A DNA stretch of 64,000 nucleotides from Dictyostelium discoideum. Its lineage: Eukaryota. Location of the stretch: NCBI GenBank assembly GCA_000004695.1, contig CM000153.2:2048001-2112000 (forward strand), given 5' to 3'. How positions within the stretch are numbered: the stretch's first letter is position 1; every line of letters begins with the position of its first letter. Shown one piece after another: positions 13,758-27,978 of the stretch. The notes under the pieces are model-generated. The model had not been told where the DNA came from and made no database searches. It saw only the letters and a program-made list of their open reading frames with translations. The position numbers and the translations under genes are program-made.

Positions 13758-13933
13758 AAAATTTTAAAAATAATAATAATAATAAAAAAAGACTTTTAAA
13801 AATTTATATAATTATAATTAAATTAGAATAGAAATTAAAGTATATTTAAAGTATACTTGATGTTTTATTTAAAATTTTACTTTATTATTTTTTTTTTTTT
13901 TTTAATTTTTTTTTTTTTTTTTTTTAGAAAAAT

Positions 13934-15304
13934 TTAATTATATTTATCACCATTTTTAATATATTCAATATCTTTAGCAACCATTTCTTTAACGAGTTCA
14001 CCAAAAGAAGTTTTAATTTGCCATTGTAATAATTTCTTTGCTTTATTTGGATTACCAAGTAAAAGATCAACTTCAGTTGGTCTGTAATATTTCTCATCAA
14101 TTTTAACGTAAACTTTACCAGTCTTTTCACAGTAACCTTCTTCTTTTTCTGCTTCACCTCTCCATTTGATGATGATATCAATTTCTTTGAATGATTTTTC
14201 AACAAATTCACGAACTGAATGAGTTTCACCAGTGGCAATAACGAAATCTTCTGGCTTCTCTTGTTGTAACATTAACCACATTGCTTCAACGTAATCTCTA
14301 GCGTGACCCCAATCACGTTTAGCGTTGATATTACCCAAGTAGAGAATTTCATCTCTACCACATGCAATACCAGCAACGAAACGAGTGATCTTTCTAGTTA
14401 CAAAAGTTGGACCTCTACGTGGTGATTCATGATTGAATAAGATACCATTACATGCATACATATCGTAAGCCTCACGATAGTTTACAACGATCCAATAGGC
14501 ATATTGCTTTGCGACAGCGTATGGTGAACGTGGATAGAATGGTGTGGTCTCTGATTGTGGAATCTCTTGAACTTTACCATATAATTCAGAGGTTGAAGCT
14601 TGATAATATTTAACCTTTTTCTCCATACCACAACTACGAATTGCATCCAATAAACGAAGACAACCTAAACCATCAACATCACCTGTATATTCTGACATAT
14701 CAAATGAAACTTTAACATGACTTTGTGCACCTAAATTATAAATTTCAGTTGGATTAACTTTTGAAACAATACTATGTAAATTCTATTTAAAAAAAAAATA
14801 TATATAGTATTTTTTTTTTTTTTTTTTTTTTTTAAATCTAAAGATTTACGTACACTAGCATCTGTTAAATCACCATAATGTAAAGTAAGTGATTCTTTTT
14901 TTAAAAAAATGAAATAAATAAATAAAAATTAATAAATTTGAATAATTTTTGATTAAAGTAAAGTATTTTAAAATCAATATATGTGTGTGTGTGTGTGTAT
15001 TAAGTTACTTTTTCCTTCAACATGTCGATCTTGATATAAATGTTTTTTACAATGGTATTAAAATGATGAAAGATCTTCTGAATAATACCATGAACATAAT
15101 AGCCCTTACTAATAAGGAACTCTGTTAAATATGAACCATCTTGACCCTAATTTTTTTTTTTTTTTTTTTTGGTCGATTAGTATTTTTAAATTTTTTTTTT
15201 TTTTTTGATTAAAAAAAAAAATGAAAAATAATAATAATAATAAATAAATTAAAAATATTTACAGTAATACCAGTAATTAATGCTACTTTACGTTCTTCAC
15301 TCAT
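13934..15304 (-). CDS. gmd: GDP-mannose 4,6-dehydratase (GDP-fucose de novo pathway)
   Basis: Minus-strand exons: 15263..15304 ([14 protein letters not shown]), 15009..15146 ([22 protein letters not shown]...[11 protein letters not shown]), about 14894..14854 ([13 protein letters not shown]) and 13934..14782 ([50 protein letters not shown]...[48 protein letters not shown]...[18 protein letters not shown]...). Strong full-length match to human and plant GMD (NAD-binding GxxGxxG, Yxxx[10 protein letters not shown]). Junctions 1 and 3 are canonical GT..AG. The junction between exons 2 and 3 could not be resolved to a canonical in-frame GT..AG pair (see findings). Confidence 0.88.
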
Positions 15305-16095
15305 TGTTATTTATATATATATATATGTATTTATAATTATTGTTTGTTGAAGGGTGAAATTCAAAACAAAATTAATTTAAAAAAAAAAATAAAAATAAAA
15401 AATGAAAAATAAAAAAAAAAAGAAAAAAAAAAAATAAAAAAATTATTTTTTCAAATTGTTGTTCTAAAAAAAAAAAAAAAAAAAAAATGATGAAAGGTGG
15501 CAAATGGTTGAAATTTTTTTTTGACCCTAAAAAAATGAAGTTTTTTCCACTCTCCTAAATTTTTTTTTTAAAAAATATAAAAAACAAAAGCTTTTTTAAA
15601 AAATAAAAAAAAGACATCAGCAACGACAGCACTCGCCAAAACAAAACTTATTTCTCTAACAAATAAATAAATTTTGCTTTTTTTTGGTGAAAAAGGTAAT
15701 AAAAAGAAAAAAAAAAAAAAAAAAAAATAAAAATAAAAAATAATAAAAGATTTAAGCAATTTACCCAAAAAAAAAAAAAAAAAAAACTGCCCATATCCAA
15801 AAAAACTAAAAATAAATAAAAAAAAAAAATAATAAAATAAAAAAAAAATAAAAATTTTGAAACACTACTCAAATTTTTTTTTTTATTTTATTTTAATTTT
15901 TTTTTGTCAAATTTTTTTTTTTTTTTTTTAAATCCCTTGCCATAGCCCAACACCCAACAAAAGAAATAATAAAATAATAAAATAATAAAATAAATATAAT
16001 AATTGTAGAAGTAATAGTAGTTGTGGTAGTAGTAATAATAATAATAATAATAATTGTAATAATAAAAACTAATAATAATAATAAAAATAATAAAA

Positions 16096-17487
16096 ATGAA
16101 AAATTTTGCTTCACCATTAAAAAAAGTTTTTATACTATGTTTTATATTAACAATAATAATAATAGGATATAATATTATAAATGAAAGTATAGAATTTACA
16201 GATGTTTTTTATTTTCAACAAAGTAAAAGTTTTGAACAAACTAGGGATCCAAACCAAGTTGAAACAATATATACAAAATATAATGTAGATGGTGATGATA
16301 CGACAAAGAATTACCTTTACGAGGGTGAACATGTAATTGAAAATTATAAAAGTTTAAATATATCCTCAGAGTATTTGGTACTGTTCAATTATATTGGATA
16401 TTTTGAATATAGAATTCCAAATGATGCAGCATTCAAATGTCAAGGACTCGACGACAACTTTTATTATGTCGTCCCTTTGGATAACTCGACAGCAAACATC
16501 GGACACCAACTACCACCACCATCACACCCACCAGTTGATATGGAGATCTATTTCGATATTAAAAACTCATTCCAAATGATAGACGACAGTTCACCAAATC
16601 ATGTGCCAAGAATGTTGATCACATTGGAGCCTCCACCATTTAGAGGATGCGAATTTGAGAAATCATGTGTAGAATCATTTAATTTCAAACTTTCATTCGA
16701 ATCAAAATCAGATGTTAGATTAGGTTTCGATTCAAAAATAAGTCCATTTGAAGAGTTTAGAAAATTACCTTTGTCATTGATTTTGGAAACTCAAAATCAA
16801 TTCAAGAATGATTATGAACAAAGGAAATTAAATAATTCATTACTAGCTCACCAAACATCATTCCCAATGATAGATTGGTTTTGTTCAAATTGTGAAACAC
16901 AATCGAATCGTATTGAATATGTAAAGGAATTAATGAAATATATGGTTGTGGATTCGTATGGAAATTGTCTTAAAAATATGCCAACACCTGATTACCTAGC
17001 CAGAAGATCGGTTGACCCTTTCACTAGAAAGAGACTATTTATTACAAAATATAAATTCACAATTGTTTTTGAAAATTCATTATGTAAAGATTACGTATCT
17101 GAGAAGGTATTGGATGCATTATCGGCTGGTTCCGTACCAATCTTTATGGCTCATCCAAGTACTATCAAATATTTACCATATCAATCTTATATATACGTTG
17201 GTGATTTTGACTCTGCAGAGGAATTAGCAAATCATTTGAAATATTTAGGTGAAAATGATATCGAGTATAATAAATTTCATGCATGGAGATCAAATGAGAC
17301 TGCAATCGATCAATGGAAAGGTGTAAATAATTATCCAAATAAACCTGGTTTTAAATTACTTGAACTTCAATGTCCAATTCTAAGACATTTCCTACGTTTA
17401 AAAACTGGTAAAATACATTTAAAAAATTTAAAATATAAACCATTTGATGAAGTTTGTTTACCATCGACTTATTTTAAAGTAAAATAA
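16096..17487 (+). CDS. GT10-family alpha-1,3-fucosyltransferase-like type II membrane protein (paralog B), 463 aa
   Basis: Single ORF with an N-terminal signal anchor (VFILCFILTIIIIGYNII). Motifs KYKFTIVFENSLCKDYVSEKVLDALSAGSVPIFMAHPSTIKYLP and CSNC. Collinear with paralogs A and C. Its ATG lies about 790 bp from the divergently transcribed GMD ATG. Confidence 0.8.
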   Translation: MKNFASPLKKVFILCFILTIIIIGYNIINESIEFTDVFYFQQSKSFEQTRDPNQVETIYTKYNVDGDDTTKNYLYEGEHVIENYKSLNISSEYLVLFNYIGYFEYRIPNDAAFKCQGLDDNFYYVVPLDNSTANIGHQLPPPSHPPVDMEIYFDIKNSFQMIDDSSPNHVPRMLITLEPPPFRGCEFEKSCVESFNFKLSFESKSDVRLGFDSKISPFEEFRKLPLSLILETQNQFKNDYEQRKLNNSLLAHQTSFPMIDWFCSNCETQSNRIEYVKELMKYMVVDSYGNCLKNMPTPDYLARRSVDPFTRKRLFITKYKFTIVFENSLCKDYVSEKVLDALSAGSVPIFMAHPSTIKYLPYQSYIYVGDFDSAEELANHLKYLGENDIEYNKFHAWRSNETAIDQWKGVNNYPNKPGFKLLELQCPILRHFLRLKTGKIHLKNLKYKPFDEVCLPSTYFKVK

Positions 17488-17720
17488 ATAAATAAAAAAA
17501 ATAAATAAAAAATAAATAAAAAATTATATTTATAAATTCTCAAAAAAAAATGAAAAAAAAAAAAAAAAAAATGAAACAAATCGTGCGATTTGTTTCCTAA
17601 ACCACTGTAACAGTAAAACAAAAATTTTTTTTTTTTTTTTTCTTATTAATATTATTATTATTATTAGTATTATTATTTTTTTTTACTTTTTTTTTTTTTT
17701 TTCTTATTAATAATATTATT

Positions 17721-17756
<36 letters not shown>

Positions 17757-18102
17757 TCAAATAGTCTCTTTTCCATTTTTTTTAATTTTTCTTTTTTTTC
17801 AAGCTATGGCCACATAAGACATGTCGATTTTTTTGGGTTACATTGAAAAATAATTTTTTTTTTAAAAAGTTTTTTTAAAAAGTTTTTTTAAAAAGTTTTT
17901 TTTTTTTTTTTTTTATTTTCTTTTTATTTTCATAAAGACATTTATTAGGTTGGGTTATCAAAATTATAATTTATTTATTAAAAATAAAAAAAAAAAAAAA
18001 ATAAAAAAAAACAATTTAAATTGTTTGAAAACACACAAAAAAATAAAAAATCAAAAAAAATTAATTTGTTTTTAGGGTGTGTGCTAAAAATAAATAATAA
18101 CA

Positions 18103-18136
<34 letters not shown>

Positions 18137-18315
18137 CAATGTGTTTTTATTTTAATATTTTATTATTATTATAATTATTATTTATTTATTTTCACCAACC
18201 AATTTATTTATTTATTTATTTTTTATTTATCTATACAATTTTTTAAATCTTTTTTTTTTTATTATTTTTTTTTGAAAAAAATAATAATAATAATAATAAT
18301 AAAAAATAAAATAAA

Positions 18316-19704
18316 ATGAATTTAAATAAAACATTATTTAAAAGAGTTTATGCATTATGTTTTTCACTCTTAATGATAATAGTTTCATATAATAATTTTT
18401 ATAATAATTTCCTTGGTAATCCAGGTGTTTATTTCTATCATAAAGATATTGAAAGAGCAACTTATGGGAACTATTATAATAATGACGCAAAATATCATAA
18501 CAATTCCAATAAATTTAATGTGGATAATGATGATCCATACAAACATACAAATATTGAAGGTGAAGGAGTTATAACTCGAGATGCTATTAAAGAATTAAAC
18601 ATTTCAAATGATCAATATTTTTATTTTAAATATATTGGAAGAGTTGATACGAGAAAATTAGATCGTGATACAATTATTAGATGTAAAGGATTAGATGATA
18701 AATTTTACTACATAGTAAGGAAACCATATTACCCAAACCAAAAACTTGATATGGAGATATGGAGTGATTATATCGTTGATTTTGAAGCACCAAAAAAGAA
18801 GCTATCATCTAGAAATGTGCCAAGAACATTGATATCGATGGAACCTCAACCCAATAGAACTTGTGAATTTGATAAGGACTGTTTTGAATTTTTCAATTTT
18901 AAAGTTTCATTCGAATCTCAATCTGATATAAGAATGGGATTTGATACACCATCATCAAGTGCATACAAATTGTATAATAAATTAACAATTGATGAAATTG
19001 CTAAAATTCAAACTCAATTCAAATTGGAATATCAAGTAATGAAACACAACAATACTTTACAACCTCACCAGAAATCGATACCATTGGCCAATTGGTTTTG
19101 TACAAATTGTAATTCTCATTCGAATCGTAATGAATATGTTCAGGAATTAATGAAATTCATTGTGGTGGATTCTTTTGGTAAATGTTTGAAAAACATGCCA
19201 ACTTCTAATTTCCTAAGTAGAGGTTCTGGTGACCCATTCGAAAGAAAGAGACTATTTATAACTAGATATAAATTTACAATTGTTTTTGAAAATTCAATTT
19301 GTAAAGATTATGTATCTGAAAAGGTATTGGATGCATTAATTGCTGGATCCGTACCAATATTTATGGGTCATCCAAGTACTATCAAATATTTACCACTCAA
19401 TTCTTATATATTTGTTGGTGATTTTAAAAATGCTGAACATTTAGCAAATCATTTGAAATTTTTAAGTGAAAATGATAATGAATATTTTAAACTTCATACA
19501 TGGAGAACAAATCAAACTGTAATCGATCAATGGAAAGGTGTAAATAATTATCCAAATAAACCTGGTTTTAGATTCCGTGAAGTTCAATGTCCAATTCTAA
19601 GACATTATCAACGTTTAAAAACTGGTAAAATACCATTAAAAAAATTAAAATATAAACCAATGAATCAAGTTTGTTTACCTTCAAACTATTATAAAATTAA
19701 ATAA
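18316..19704 (+). CDS. GT10-family alpha-1,3-fucosyltransferase-like type II membrane protein (paralog C), 462 aa
   Basis: Single ORF with a signal anchor (VYALCFSLLMIIVSY). Motifs RYKFTIVFENSICKDYVSEKVLDALIAGSVPIFMGHPSTIKYLP and CTNC. In tandem (same strand) 830 bp downstream of paralog B. Confidence 0.8.
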   Translation: MNLNKTLFKRVYALCFSLLMIIVSYNNFYNNFLGNPGVYFYHKDIERATYGNYYNNDAKYHNNSNKFNVDNDDPYKHTNIEGEGVITRDAIKELNISNDQYFYFKYIGRVDTRKLDRDTIIRCKGLDDKFYYIVRKPYYPNQKLDMEIWSDYIVDFEAPKKKLSSRNVPRTLISMEPQPNRTCEFDKDCFEFFNFKVSFESQSDIRMGFDTPSSSAYKLYNKLTIDEIAKIQTQFKLEYQVMKHNNTLQPHQKSIPLANWFCTNCNSHSNRNEYVQELMKFIVVDSFGKCLKNMPTSNFLSRGSGDPFERKRLFITRYKFTIVFENSICKDYVSEKVLDALIAGSVPIFMGHPSTIKYLPLNSYIFVGDFKNAEHLANHLKFLSENDNEYFKLHTWRTNQTVIDQWKGVNNYPNKPGFRFREVQCPILRHYQRLKTGKIPLKKLKYKPMNQVCLPSNYYKIK

Positions 19705-19734
19705 AATATATAAATATATTTTTTGTATAAATTT

Positions 19735-19789
<55 letters not shown>

Positions 19790-20242
19790 TTATTTAATTA
19801 ATTAATTTTTTTTTTTTTTAATTTTTTATTTTATTAATTTTCAAAAATATTTTTAAAATCATTAAAAAATGTTTTAATCACAAATTTTCAAATTAGTTAT
19901 AAATAAAAAATTAACACATTCTTAAGAATTTTTGTTTTTTTTTTTTTTTAAATAAACTGTTTAATTTTTATTTTTTTTAAAAATTAAAGGTAAATTAGTG
20001 GACAAAATAAAAAATTTAAATTAAATTATTACCCTTTTTTTTTTATTTTTATTATTAGTATTTTTAATTTTTAATGATTACATTCATTTTTTTTTACATT
20101 TCGAATGATTTTGTATATTGCAATATACTAAACCCATATTAAAAATAAATAAAATTAAATCATTTAAAATAATAAAATTAAAAATAATAAAAATAAATTA
20201 TTTTTTAACTTTCAAGTCTGACAATATTTCAACAATTACAAC

Positions 20243-20279
<37 letters not shown>

Positions 20280-20356
20280 AAAATTTGAAAATTGAAAAAT
20301 TTTTTTTCATTTACTTTTAATTTGATATGTACATTTAAAAAATAAAAAAAAAAACA

Positions 20357-22234
20357 ATGGATACGACATTAACTGAAACTATCCAAAATAACAATAATAT
20401 TAATAAATCAATAAATAATAAAAAAAAATTAAAACATCAAAAGAAAAAAGAACAAAAAAAGAAACAAAAACAACAAAAAAAAGAAGAGAATATATTTCAA
20501 CAAACTAATAATAATAATATAAAAGAAGAAATAAAACTTGAAAATAATGATGAAAATAATGATGAAAATAATAATAATAATGATGATGATAAAATAACAG
20601 CACCAATTGATGGATTTTCAATTGATGAGAATGATCCATCATTTGAATTATTTTCGAAATTAGTTAAACATTTTGATAACCCATATGAAGATCCAAAAGA
20701 GATTGAGAGAAAAGAACAAGAAGAACAAGAAGAAAAAGAAAGAAAAGAAAGAGAGGAAGAAGAAGAAAGAAAGAAAAAAGAAGATAATGAAGACGATGAT
20801 GATGATAATAACGATGATGATGATAATAATAATGATAATGAAGACGAGGATTCAAAGAAATTATCAAATAAAGAGAGAAAAAGACAAAGAAAATTACATT
20901 TACCAATTTTAAAACAGTTAGTTGATAGACCTGATGTTGTAGAGTTACATGATGTAAATTCACCAAATCCTGGCTATTTGATCGCAATGAAGTCCTATAG
21001 AAATACAATACCTGTGCCAGCACATTGGTGTCAAAAAAAGAAATACCTTCAAGGTAAGAGAGGTTTCGTTAAACCACCATTCGAATTACCATCATTCATC
21101 GCAGCGACAGGTATCACTAAGATTAGGGAGGCAATATTGGAGAAAGAGAAAGAGATGAAATCAAAACAAAAACAACGTGAAAGAGTTCAACCAAAAATTA
21201 GAAAGATGGGTATAGATTATGAAGTTTTACGTGACGCTTTCTTTGTTCATCAAACTAAACCAAATCTATCCATTCAAGGTGACCTCTACTATGAAGGTAA
21301 GGAATTCGAGGTTAACCTAAAGAACAAGAAGCCTGGTGTTTTATCCGACGAATTAAAGCGTGCACTTGGCATGATTGAGGGTTACCCACCACCATGGTTG
21401 ATTTATATGCAAACTTATGGTCCACCACCATCTTATCCAAATTTGAAAATACCCGGTGTTAACTCACCAATTCCAGAGGGTGCTCAGTATGGTTTTCATC
21501 CTGGTGGTTGGGGTAGACCAGTTTTAAATGAATTTGGTAAACCACTTTATGAAAATGTAAATAATAATAATAATAATATAAATAATAACGGAGATCAACA
21601 ACAGCAGCAACAACAATCACATCCAACTAGAGAATATTGGGGTGAATTATTACCAGAATCTGAAGATTTTCAAGAAGAAGAGGAACAACAAGAACAACAA
21701 GGTACTGAAGAAGATGAATTACAACAACACCAACTTGAAGATGATGAATCGATTGGTGATGGTATTTCAAGTGTACCAAGTGGTTTGGAAACTCCTGATA
21801 TTGTTAATATTAAAAAATCAAGATATGACCAACAACAACAGCAACAACAGCAACAACCAAGAGAATTATATCAAGTTATTGAACAACAAAATAAAAACTC
21901 ATCTTCTGGTGGTTTAATGGAATCAGCTCATCGTTATAATATACCATCAGTAATTAAACAACAACAGCAACAACAACAACAACAAAATTCATCTAGAGTA
22001 GATGTAATTAAATCTCAACGTTCTGCACCTGTAGAAATTACATTAAATCCATCAGAGGTTGAAAATGGTCAAGAAATTGATGAAGAACTTTTGAAAAAGA
22101 AATATGAACAAGCAACACAAGCATTACAGAAACAAAGACCAAAAGAAGACATTAGTGACATCATCGAAGAACAAAATAAAAAAAGAAAAAATCAATTACA
22201 AAAAGAAGAAAAACAAAAGAAATTCAAATTTTAA
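20357..22234 (+). CDS. sf3b2: splicing factor 3B subunit 2 (SF3b145/SAP145) homolog, 625 aa
   Basis: N/K/E-rich N-terminus, then DUF382 and PSP domains. The stretch LPILKQLVDRPDVVELHDVNSPNPGYLIAMKSYRNTIPVPAHWCQKKKYLQGKRGFVKPPFELPSFIAATGITKIREA...LYYEGKEFEVNLKNKKPGVLSDELKRALGM...PPPWLIYMQTYGPPPSYPNLKIPGVNSPIPEGAQYGFHPGGWGRPVLNEFGKPLYENV matches human SF3B2 nearly residue for residue. Single exon. Confidence 0.9.
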   Translation: MDTTLTETIQNNNNINKSINNKKKLKHQKKKEQKKKQKQQKKEENIFQQTNNNNIKEEIKLENNDENNDENNNNNDDDKITAPIDGFSIDENDPSFELFSKLVKHFDNPYEDPKEIERKEQEEQEEKERKEREEEEERKKKEDNEDDDDDNNDDDDNNNDNEDEDSKKLSNKERKRQRKLHLPILKQLVDRPDVVELHDVNSPNPGYLIAMKSYRNTIPVPAHWCQKKKYLQGKRGFVKPPFELPSFIAATGITKIREAILEKEKEMKSKQKQRERVQPKIRKMGIDYEVLRDAFFVHQTKPNLSIQGDLYYEGKEFEVNLKNKKPGVLSDELKRALGMIEGYPPPWLIYMQTYGPPPSYPNLKIPGVNSPIPEGAQYGFHPGGWGRPVLNEFGKPLYENVNNNNNNINNNGDQQQQQQQSHPTREYWGELLPESEDFQEEEEQQEQQGTEEDELQQHQLEDDESIGDGISSVPSGLETPDIVNIKKSRYDQQQQQQQQQPRELYQVIEQQNKNSSSGGLMESAHRYNIPSVIKQQQQQQQQQNSSRVDVIKSQRSAPVEITLNPSEVENGQEIDEELLKKKYEQATQALQKQRPKEDISDIIEEQNKKRKNQLQKEEKQKKFKF

Positions 22235-22280
22235 AAATTATCAAAACGTTTTGAATAATATCAAATAATAAATTTTTTAT

Positions 22281-23515
<1,235 letters not shown>

Positions 23516-23612
23516 TAACCTTTTTTTTTATTATTTTATTATTTGTATCTTTTATAATTAATAAAAAAAAAAAAAAAAAAAAAAAATGAAAAAATAAAAA
23601 CAAAAACAAAAC

Positions 23613-23646
<34 letters not shown>

Positions 23647-23985
23647 TTTTAAACAAAATAACTAATTTCTTTGAAATTATTTTCTTATTTCTTAAATCGT
23701 GCCATTGACACAACCTTTAAAAAATAAAAACAAAACTTTTTTTTTTGAAATAATTTAACTTTATATAATAATGAAAACGCTTCGCTAAACTAAATTAACT
23801 ATTGTCTATTTTTTTTTTTTTTTTTTTATTATTATTTTTTTTTTTTTTTTAATATAAGATTTTAAAGATATTATTAAAATCATCTAAAATTATTTTATTT
23901 CCAAAAAAAAAAAGTTTTCACACACCTTGAGGTTTTTTTAAAAAAAAAAATCAAAATTATTATTATATTATATTATTTAAATTGT

Positions 23986-24320
<335 letters not shown>

Positions 24321-24799
24321 CTGGATTATTTAAATAAAAATTATTGTTATTATTATTATTATTCATACATTCTACTCAAATCCGATATTGATAGATAAAA
24401 AAACCAGTACATACTATTTATTTATTGTGTGCTTTTTATATTTAGAGAATGAGAAAAAAAAAAAAAAAAATTTTAATCGAAAAAATAAAAATAAAAAAAA
24501 AATAAAAAATAAAAAAAATTGAAAATAAAAAATAAAAATAAAAAAAAAAAATGTTTTGTTTTTTTGATTTGTTAAAAAGAAAATTTTCTTTATTTTAAAA
24601 TAACTAGTTGTAATAGTATTTAAATTTTTACAATTGTTTTTTTTTTTTTTCCAAATAAGATTTAAAATATTAAAATATTAAAAGATTAAAAGATTAAAAG
24701 ATTAAAAGATTGATTGATAGTTTTTTTTGAATTAAAATAAATATAAATATATATGTGTATTAAATATAGTCGCCCAATTTGAGATCAAATGATTATTAT

Positions 24800-24930
<131 letters not shown>

Positions 24931-26222
24931 TATAATATTATTTTTATTATTGTTATTGTTATTGTTATTATTTAACCATTAAAAACACTAGAGAGAGACT
25001 AATTTAAGACACCCTGTGATGAGAAAAATATGATAGCCGCGAGAAAGAATTAAAATTTGAATTTATAAGTTGGTATTACAGAATTAAAAAAATAAAGGTT
25101 GATTTTTCACTTTTTTTTTAGTCCCTTAACACTAATTTCTAAAAATAGAAAAAAAAAAAAAATGTTAGAAATTTATAAATAAAAATAAAGCTATATTAAT
25201 AATTAAAAAAACTTACACCTTCTCTTTTAATGGAATTTCTATTACTATTTTTAAAAGAAGTTCTTTTTTTATTTCCCAATGGCTTTGAGGTTGGGAGAGT
25301 AATTAATAAAAATGGTAAAACATCCCACATTATGTTGATTTTATTATTATTATTATTATTATTTATAAAAATTAAAAATGTAGTTTTTAAAAAATACTAT
25401 TATTATTATTTTGAAGTGATTAAAATAATTTTTTTTTTTTTTATGATTTAATAAAAAATATTTAAATAATTTAAATAAATAAATAAAAATTTATGAAAAA
25501 AAAAAAATAAAGAAATTTAATTATAATTATTATTATTATTAATATTAATTATTATTATAATAAAAAATTGATTGTAGTAATATGAAAGTAGTAAACCGAT
25601 GAATGAAAATTAATTGAATATCGTTTTTTTATTATTTAATTGAAATAATAGTTTATTTTAATTTAATAAAAATATTAAAATTTATATATATAGTTAATTT
25701 TAATTATTTTAAAAAAATGGTTATTGTTATTTAGAAAAATATAAAATAATTTTATTTTGTTTTGATTAATTTTTTTTTTATTTAAGAAATTATTGAAAAT
25801 ATAATTTTTTAAATATTATATATTAAAATAATAATTAATATTTGGTATATATTTGATGATGTTGATGATGACGATTATTAATAATTAAATTCAAAAAATT
25901 ATCAATTAAATAATAATTATTAATTTAATAATTTTTTTTTTTTTTCTTTTTTTTTTTTTTTATAATGATTTAAAATATTATTATTATTATTATTATATTT
26001 TTGTTTTCTTATTAAATTTTTTAATAATTATTATTAGTATAAAAAATATCTAATATAATTGTATTTATATGGTGGGGTCTGTGGTGAGTTTGTGTGTATT
26101 TTGAATTAAAAAACAAAAAAAGTTTTTGATTGAACCAAATAAAGATAATTTATAAATTAAAAAACTAAGAGGCACAAAAAAAAAACAATGATTATAAATA
26201 ATATTAATAAATAATTTTAAAA

Positions 26223-26274
<52 letters not shown>

Positions 26275-27050
26275 ATATATATATTTGTTAATGTTTTGTT
26301 TTATGATAAATGATTTATTTTTTTTTTTTTTTTTTCTTTTGATTGATTTAAATAGAAAAAAAAAATTAATATTAATAAGGGATTGTGTGTATGGTTAGTA
26401 TTAATTAAAAAAAAAAAATATATGAAAAAAAAATTAATGCGTGATATTGGTAATGAAAATCAATATGGTGTGAAGGAGAGAGAGAGAGTATGTGTTTGTG
26501 TTTGTGTGTGTGGTTAGAGTGAGAGAGTTTGGGTGTTATTTGTGGAGTTAATGGGTTATTTATAGCCTATGATATTTTTGTCAACTCACACAACAACCCA
26601 AAAAAATAAAAAATTAAAAAATAAACCACATGACTAAAAATTCATTTAAGATTGTGTGTGATTACAAATTTTTGATTTTAGTTGGTTAAAAAAAAAAAAT
26701 TAAAAAAAAAAAAAAAAAAAAAAAACAATTATAATTACAAAGTCAAAATGTATATTTTAAAATAATATATTAAAATATAAATATTTAAGATTAGAAAGTG
26801 GGTTTGGTGTCTTTTTAGGTTTGGGGTGCTATGTATATTAATTTTTTTTTTTTAAAAAAAAAAAATTTATCGTGCTCTATGTATGTTTTTTAACTTAATA
26901 ACTGTATTTTAGTGTCTTTGTGTCTGCCCAAACTGGATTTTGTGTTAAATTTTTTTTATTTTTTTTTTTAAAAAAAAAAATAATCAAAAAAAAAAATTAA
27001 AAAAAAAAACAAATAAATTACACATCTAAAATACTATTAAAGAATTAATA

Positions 27051-27081
<31 letters not shown>

Positions 27082-27161
27082 GTTTTATCATTTTTAACCG
27101 TTAAATCAAACTATTATTTTTTTATTGATTTGTATATACAGGTTTTATTATTATAATGATT

Positions 27162-27199
<38 letters not shown>

Positions 27200-27228
27200 T
27201 TGAATGGAATTAAAAAGAATTTACTTTA

Positions 27229-27260
<32 letters not shown>

Positions 27261-27517
27261 TGATTAACAAAAAATTGTATAATCTGGTCTTTTTCAGATA
27301 TTTTAGAACCAAAAACAGAGATATTGGGTGATTGATATGTGGTGGGAGAGTACTTGTTTATTAATAAAAAACAAGCATAACCCCAACTACCCACACTACT
27401 ACTACTACAAATAACCACTTTGTTTATTTTACTGTATACTATTAGTTTCACAGGATATTTCTTAATTATATATGATTATTAATCTGCATCTGATTTATTT
27501 CTTTTTTTACTATACTA

Positions 27518-27548
<31 letters not shown>

Positions 27549-27795
27549 CTGCATCTTTTTTTAAATCAAGATTCTACTACTTGTTTTTTTTTTTTTTTTA
27601 TTTTTTTTTTCTTTGTGATTATTGACGATTTCTAAAAATAGTTTTTTACAACGATTAAAAGTTATTATTGATTTTTCTTTGTGATTTGATTTTTATTAAT
27701 TAATAAACCGAAATGAATGATTAATTAATTAATTATTTACCTATCAAAATTATAATCAATCTTGATTTTTTTTTTTATGTGAATTTAATTTAAAT

Positions 27796-27945
27796 TTTGT
27801 TTTTCAAACATTTTTTGCTTTTCTTTTAAAAATAAACCAATAATTAGCCAATCGACTAACGTTTAAAAATATTTTTATTTTTATTTTTATTTTTATAATA
27901 ATAAAAAAGGAGTTTTGTTTTTAAATTTTTTATTATTTATATTTC

Positions 27946-27978
<33 letters not shown>

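Noticed and set aside
20125-20140. aaacccatattaaa as a possible DUSE
   Set aside because: It does not match the [A/T]CCCA[C/T]AA core (cccatat, not cccataa), and there is no downstream ncRNA-like sequence.
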